DNA of 51,287 nucleotides from an uncultured delta proteobacterium (lineage in GTDB: Bacteria; Myxococcota_A; UBA9160; JAFDET01): NCBI GenBank assembly GCA_947260035.1, contig CAMYOO010000040.1:1-51287 (forward strand), read 5' to 3'. The first letter of the stretch is position 1, and each line of letters begins with the position of its first letter. Both the position numbers and the translations under genes were made by a program. Below the pieces are notes generated by a model, which ran no database searches, was not told the DNA's origin, and saw nothing but the letters and a program-made list of their open reading frames with translations. This document shows positions 47,064 through 51,287 of this stretch, one piece after another.

Positions 47064-48678
47064 TCGCATCGAGCGCCTGGGCAACGCATTACCCGACCCC
47101 GCGACCCTGTTCCTGCTGGGCGCGCTGGCGGTAATGGGTCTGTCCCAGCTGGCGGTGTCCTTGGACTGGAGCGTCGAGAAGAACGTCGCCCGTGAGGTGC
47201 AGGTCCCGGTCCTCGATGCAGCGGGCAACCCCGTGATGGACCCGCTCTCCGGCCGCGCGCTCACGGTCGCGAAGCTCGACCCCGCTACGGGAGACGTGGC
47301 GCGTGAGCGCGTGGCAGTCCCGGTTCGCGCCGTGAGCCTGCTCTCCTCGGACGGCCTCTACTGGGCGGTCTCCAGCCTGGTGAACAACTTCAAGAACTTC
47401 CCGCCGCTGGCGATCGTGCTGGTGGGCATGCTGGGCATCGGCCTGGCCGAGCGCACCGGCTTCATCGGCGCACTGCTCAAGGCGACGCTGGTGGGCATGC
47501 CCCAGGCGCTGCTCACGCCCACGGTCTTCCTGGTGGGCGTGCTGTCCTCGGTGGGCCTCGACGCGGGCTACGTGGTGCTTCCTCCTGTGGCCATGGCGCT
47601 CTACCAGCAGGCGGGGCGCTCGCCGCTGGTGGGACTGGCGGCGGTCTTCGCCGGCATTTCCGCGGGCTTCAGCGCCAACCTGTCGATCACCGCCCTCGAT
47701 CCGCTGCTGGCCGGCCTGTCCGAGTCCGGCGCGCGGATCCTGGACCCGGACTATGCGGTCGCGGCCACCGCCAACTGGTGGTTCATGATCGCTTCCACGT
47801 TCCTGCTGGTGGCGGTGGGCTGGGCGGTGACCGCCTTCTGGGTCGAGCCCCGCTACCACGCCAAGTCCGTCGAAGAGGGCGGCGCCTTGGGCGGCGAGAC
47901 CGAGGCGGAGCCCGCGCTGAGCGACCTGGAGCGCCGCGGCCTGCGCCGTGCCGGCCTCATTGCGCTGGCCGCGCTGGCCGTGATGCTGGCCGCGACCTGG
48001 ATTCCCGGAGCGCCGCTCCACGGCATGGCCGGCCGCTTCCCGCGCTGGGTTTCCGCCATCGTGCCGCTGGTCTTCCTGGGCTTCTTCCTGCCCGGCCTGG
48101 TCTACGGTGCCGTCACAGGCGCCATCCGCAGCGACAAGGACGTGGCCCGGATCCTGGGCGAGACCATGGCCGGCATGGGCCCGTACATCGTCCTGGCCTT
48201 CTTCGCGGCGCAGTTCATCGAGTACTTCCGTCACTCGGGCCTGGGCGAGATGCTGGCCATCACGGGCGGGCAGGCGCTGACCCGCGCTCAGCTGCCCCCC
48301 ACCCTGCTCATGGCCGCCTTCATCGGCGTGGTGATGATGGGCAACCTCTTCATCGGCTCCATGTCGGCGAAGTACGCCTTCTTCGCGCCGGTCTTCGTGC
48401 CCATGTTCATGCAGGTGGGCATCAGCGCCGAGCTGACCCAGGCCGCCTACCGGGTGGGCGACTCGGTCTCCAACGTCATCACGCCGCTCAACCCCTACGT
48501 GGTGATCATCCTGGTCTTCATGCGGCAGTACGTGCCGCGCGCCGGCATCGGAACCCTGGTGGCGCTGATGCTGCCCTACACGATCGTCTTCGGGCTGACC
48601 TGGACCGCGCTGTTGGTGCTCTGGATGCTGAGCGGCGTGCCGCTCGGCCCCGGCGGGCCGCTTACCTACGCGCCGTAG
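47056..48678 (+). CDS. AbgT-family transporter (aminobenzoyl-glutamate/dipeptide-type)
   Basis: Start at the internal ATG 47056 (MLDRIERLGNALPDPATLFLLGALAV), the characteristic AbgT N-terminus. Polytopic, 540 aa. It overlaps the VanZ stop by 8 nt. Confidence 0.9.
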   Translation: MLDRIERLGNALPDPATLFLLGALAVMGLSQLAVSLDWSVEKNVAREVQVPVLDAAGNPVMDPLSGRALTVAKLDPATGDVARERVAVPVRAVSLLSSDGLYWAVSSLVNNFKNFPPLAIVLVGMLGIGLAERTGFIGALLKATLVGMPQALLTPTVFLVGVLSSVGLDAGYVVLPPVAMALYQQAGRSPLVGLAAVFAGISAGFSANLSITALDPLLAGLSESGARILDPDYAVAATANWWFMIASTFLLVAVGWAVTAFWVEPRYHAKSVEEGGALGGETEAEPALSDLERRGLRRAGLIALAALAVMLAATWIPGAPLHGMAGRFPRWVSAIVPLVFLGFFLPGLVYGAVTGAIRSDKDVARILGETMAGMGPYIVLAFFAAQFIEYFRHSGLGEMLAITGGQALTRAQLPPTLLMAAFIGVVMMGNLFIGSMSAKYAFFAPVFVPMFMQVGISAELTQAAYRVGDSVSNVITPLNPYVVIILVFMRQYVPRAGIGTLVALMLPYTIVFGLTWTALLVLWMLSGVPLGPGGPLTYAP

Positions 48679-48745
48679 CCGCGCGGGAGGCGTGGTAGGG
48701 TAACCGGGCCCCGCAGCCGGGAGAGGGTAATGGCCGCACGAAGAA

Positions 48746-50371
48746 GTGGGCGGCCGCCCCCAGAAGAACTTCAAGAACCGCCAGCCGTCGCTGCGGGACC
48801 TGGTCCGGACGGCCGCCGCGCGCGGCGACGCCGACTGCATGGTCTACGGCGAGCGGCGCATTTCCTACGGCGAATTTGCGCGGCTGTGCTGGGGCGCCGC
48901 CCGCACCCTGCGCGACGAGCACGGCTTCGGCGGCGGCGACCGTCTGGCGGTGCTGTCGTACAACTGCCCGGAGTGGATCGTGGCGCTGTTCGGCGCCACG
49001 TCCCTGGGCGGGATCGGGGTCGGCCTGAACGGCTGGTGGGCGGCCGAAGAGCTGGACTACGGGCTGCGCGACTCCGGCGCCAGGGCCCTGGTGGTGGACG
49101 AGCGGCTCTGGCCTCGGGTGGAGCAGGTCGCGCGCGAGGCCCCGGACCTGGAGCGCATCTTCTACATCGGCGAGAGCCCGCCGCCGGGCACGCTGCCCAT
49201 CGCCGAGCTGCTCCAGCCCTGCGACACGGTTCCCGACGAGCCCATCGCCGAAGACGACCCCTGGGTGATCCTCTACACCTCGGGCACCACCGGGCGCTCC
49301 AAGGGCTGCATCACCACCCACCGCGGCACCATCGCCCAGGTGCTGGGCATCCTGTTCGCGCGGGTGTGCACCGCCGCGGCCGACGGCGAGGCGGCGCCAG
49401 CCGGCGACGCGGGCCAGACCGTGAGCCTGCTCTCCTCGCCGCTGTTCCACGTGGGCGGGCTCCACTCCAACGTCTGCGCCCTGCTGACGGCCGGCGCGCG
49501 CATGGTCTTCCTGGAAGGCCGCTTCGACCCCGAGAAGGTGATGGCGCTGGTGGAGCGCGAGCGCGTGCAGAGCTGGGGCGCGATTCCGACCATGCTGCAC
49601 CGCGTGGTGCACCACCCCAAGGTGGGCGACTACGACCTCTCCAGCCTCAAGGCGATCTCGTTCGGCGGCGCGCCGACCGCGCCCGAGACCATCGAGAAGG
49701 CCCAGGAGGTGCTGCCCATCGAGCCCTCCTTCGCCAACGCCTACGGGCTCACCGAGACCCACGGCGTCGCGACCACCTGCAGCGGGCGCGCCCTGCTGGA
49801 GCGCAAGACGTCGGCGGGCCTGCCCATCCCGGTGCTCGACCTGGAGCTCCGCGACGAGCAGGGCCGGCCCGTGGAGCCTGGCCGGCTGGGCGAGGTCTGC
49901 TTTCGTGGCCCCACCATCACGCCCGGCTACTGGAACCGCCCCGAAGCCAGCGCCGAGACGGTCCAGGACGGCTGGCTCCTCACCGGCGACCTGGGCTACT
50001 GCGACGACGACGGTTTCCTCTACGTGGTGGACCGGGCCAAGGACATGATCCTGCGCGGCGGCGAGAACGTGTACTGCGTAGAGATCGAGAACTGCCTGGC
50101 CGACCATCCGGAGATCGACGAGGCCGCCATCGTCGGCGTGCCCGACGCGGAGCTGGGCGAGCGGGTCAAGGCGGTGGTGCGCCGGGTGTCGGGCTCGCAG
50201 CTGGGTGAGGACGCCGTGCGCGCCCACGTGGCGGCCCACATGGCGTCGTTCAAGGTCCCCGAGTTCGTCGAGTTCGTGGCTACGCCCCTGCCCCGCAATG
50301 CATCGGGCAAGCTGCTGAAGACCGAGCTGCGGGGCCAGGCGTCCCGCTTCGCAACGCCCGACGACCAATGA
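48746..50371 (+). CDS. AMP-dependent acyl-CoA synthetase/ligase
   Basis: 541 aa. AMP-binding motif ILYTSGTTGRSKG, plus YGLTET, TGDLGYCDDDGFLYVVDRAKDMI and a C-terminal GK. Confidence 0.9.
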   Translation: MGGRPQKNFKNRQPSLRDLVRTAAARGDADCMVYGERRISYGEFARLCWGAARTLRDEHGFGGGDRLAVLSYNCPEWIVALFGATSLGGIGVGLNGWWAAEELDYGLRDSGARALVVDERLWPRVEQVAREAPDLERIFYIGESPPPGTLPIAELLQPCDTVPDEPIAEDDPWVILYTSGTTGRSKGCITTHRGTIAQVLGILFARVCTAAADGEAAPAGDAGQTVSLLSSPLFHVGGLHSNVCALLTAGARMVFLEGRFDPEKVMALVERERVQSWGAIPTMLHRVVHHPKVGDYDLSSLKAISFGGAPTAPETIEKAQEVLPIEPSFANAYGLTETHGVATTCSGRALLERKTSAGLPIPVLDLELRDEQGRPVEPGRLGEVCFRGPTITPGYWNRPEASAETVQDGWLLTGDLGYCDDDGFLYVVDRAKDMILRGGENVYCVEIENCLADHPEIDEAAIVGVPDAELGERVKAVVRRVSGSQLGEDAVRAHVAAHMASFKVPEFVEFVATPLPRNASGKLLKTELRGQASRFATPDDQ

Positions 50372-51287
50372 ACGCCGCGCTGCTGGCCGCGCTGGTCTTC
50401 GCGGTATTCGCCGTCGGCTACCGGTACTACTCGCGCTTCCTGGCCGACAGGGTCTTCGGCCTGAGCGACGACGAGCCCGTCCCCTCGCGAGAGCAGGAGG
50501 ACGGCGTGGACTTCGTCCCCACGCCCAAGCACGTGCTCTGGGGCCACCACTACACCTCCATCGCCGGCGCCGCACCCATCGTCGGGCCGGCCCTGGCGGT
50601 GATCTGGGGCTGGCTGCCGGCGCTGCTCTGGGTGACGGTGGGCACGGTGCTGATGGGCGCGGTGCACGACTTCGCCGCGCTGGTCATTAGCCTGCGCAGC
50701 CGCGGCAGCTCCATCGGCGAGATCGCCGGCCAGGTCATCAGCCCGCGCGTGCGCACCCTCTTCCTGCTGATCATCTCCTTCCTGATCTGGATCGTGCTCG
50801 CAGTCTTCGCCTTCATCATCGGCACGCTCTTCGTGCAGACCCCCGGCTCGATCTTCCCCATCTGGGTGCAGATCGTGGTCGCCATGGCGCTGGGCTGGCT
50901 CGTCTACCGCCGCGCGGTGGGGATCCTGGCGCCGTCCCTGGTGGGCTACGTGCTGCTGCTGGCGGCCATCTTCTACGGCAACGCCTTCGCCGAGGCAGTC
51001 CCCGCGATCACCGAGATCTCCGTCGGGACCTGGGTCCTGTTCCTGATGGCCTACTCGTTCGTGGCCTCGGTGCTGCCGGTCTGGCTGCTGCTCCAGCCCC
51101 GCGACTACCTGAACTCCCACCAGCTCCTGACGGGCCTCACGCTGCTGACCCTGGGACTGGTGATCCTGCAGCCCACCATCCAGGCCCCGGCCGTGCGCCT
51201 GTGGCCGGAGGGCGCCCCGCCGCTGATCCCGTTCCTGTTCATCACCATCGCCTGCGGTGCGATCTCGGGCTTCCACGGCCTGGTGTC
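50368..51287 (+). CDS. cstA: Carbon starvation protein CstA (N-terminal part; runs off the right edge)
   Basis: Absent from the ORF track because it is truncated. ATG 50368 forms an ATGA overlap with the previous stop. Translation: MNAALLAALVFAVFAVGYRYYSRFLADRVF...VLWGHHYTSIAGAAPIVGPALAVIWGWLPALLWV...GAVHDF. This is the typical CstA N-terminus. Confidence 0.92.
   Translation, partial: MNAALLAALVFAVFAVGYRYYSRFLADRVFGLSDDEPVPSREQEDGVDFVPTPKHVLWGHHYTSIAGAAPIVGPALAVIWGWLPALLWVTVGTVLMGAVHDFAALVISLRSRGSSIGEIAGQVISPRVRTLFLLIISFLIWIVLAVFAFIIGTLFVQTPGSIFPIWVQIVVAMALGWLVYRRAVGILAPSLVGYVLLLAAIFYGNAFAEAVPAITEISVGTWVLFLMAYSFVASVLPVWLLLQPRDYLNSHQLLTGLTLLTLGLVILQPTIQAPAVRLWPEGAPPLIPFLFITIACGAISGFHGLV

Overview
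High-GC chromosomal window from a diderm-type bacterium; efflux OMF, lipoproteins and beta-barrels are present. No GC values were computed, so all composition statements are by eye. No rRNA, CRISPR array or recognisable defence gene was seen.

**Left block, 1-6314.** This stretch is compositionally patchy and visibly more A/T-rich than the rest. It ends at the 3' end of a tRNA-Asp gene.
- Decayed content: a 5'-truncated tyrosine-integrase remnant, an IS3-type transposase tail, two back-to-back 5'-truncated gene fragments and a frameshifted small gene.
- Intact content: a partial DUF3604 gene, a beta-barrel gene and a formylglycine-type sulfatase.
- I read this as a decayed tRNA-linked island.

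**Remainder, which looks core-like, in order:**
- an SCP2 / coiled-coil / ICMT / S8-derived secreted-protein cluster
- lipoprotein, acyltransferase and amidase
- UspA and tRNA-Val
- a lipoprotein plus an orphan FtsX-type permease
- the conserved tRNA-Leu-tig-clpP-clpX-lon block
- a cusCBA-type RND operon headed by a small Cys/His protein
- a GH3 glycosidase
- a broken acyl-CoA carboxyltransferase
- a sulfur module: split YeeE/YedE plus a CoA-disulfide-reductase/rhodanese fusion
- tRNA-Lys and an EF-hand protein
- a long minus-strand array: ATP-grasp ligase, KamA-type radical-SAM aminomutase, murJ, NPP-type phosphatase, fused 5-oxoprolinase, cytochrome c/beta-barrel fusion
- VanZ, AbgT, an acyl-CoA synthetase and a partial CstA

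**Most striking unexplained structures:**
- a 169-nt near-perfect nested palindrome made of four copies of a 44-nt unit (44212-44380)
- a 26-nt tandem repeat filling a divergent promoter (33363-33466)
- a TATACCC-N5-GGGTATA operator-like dyad at the cus/GH3 divergent region
- a Lon ORF that has no stop until 165 nt inside the next gene
- a KamA-like + ATP-grasp pair that may form an uncharacterised beta-amino-acid ligation cassette
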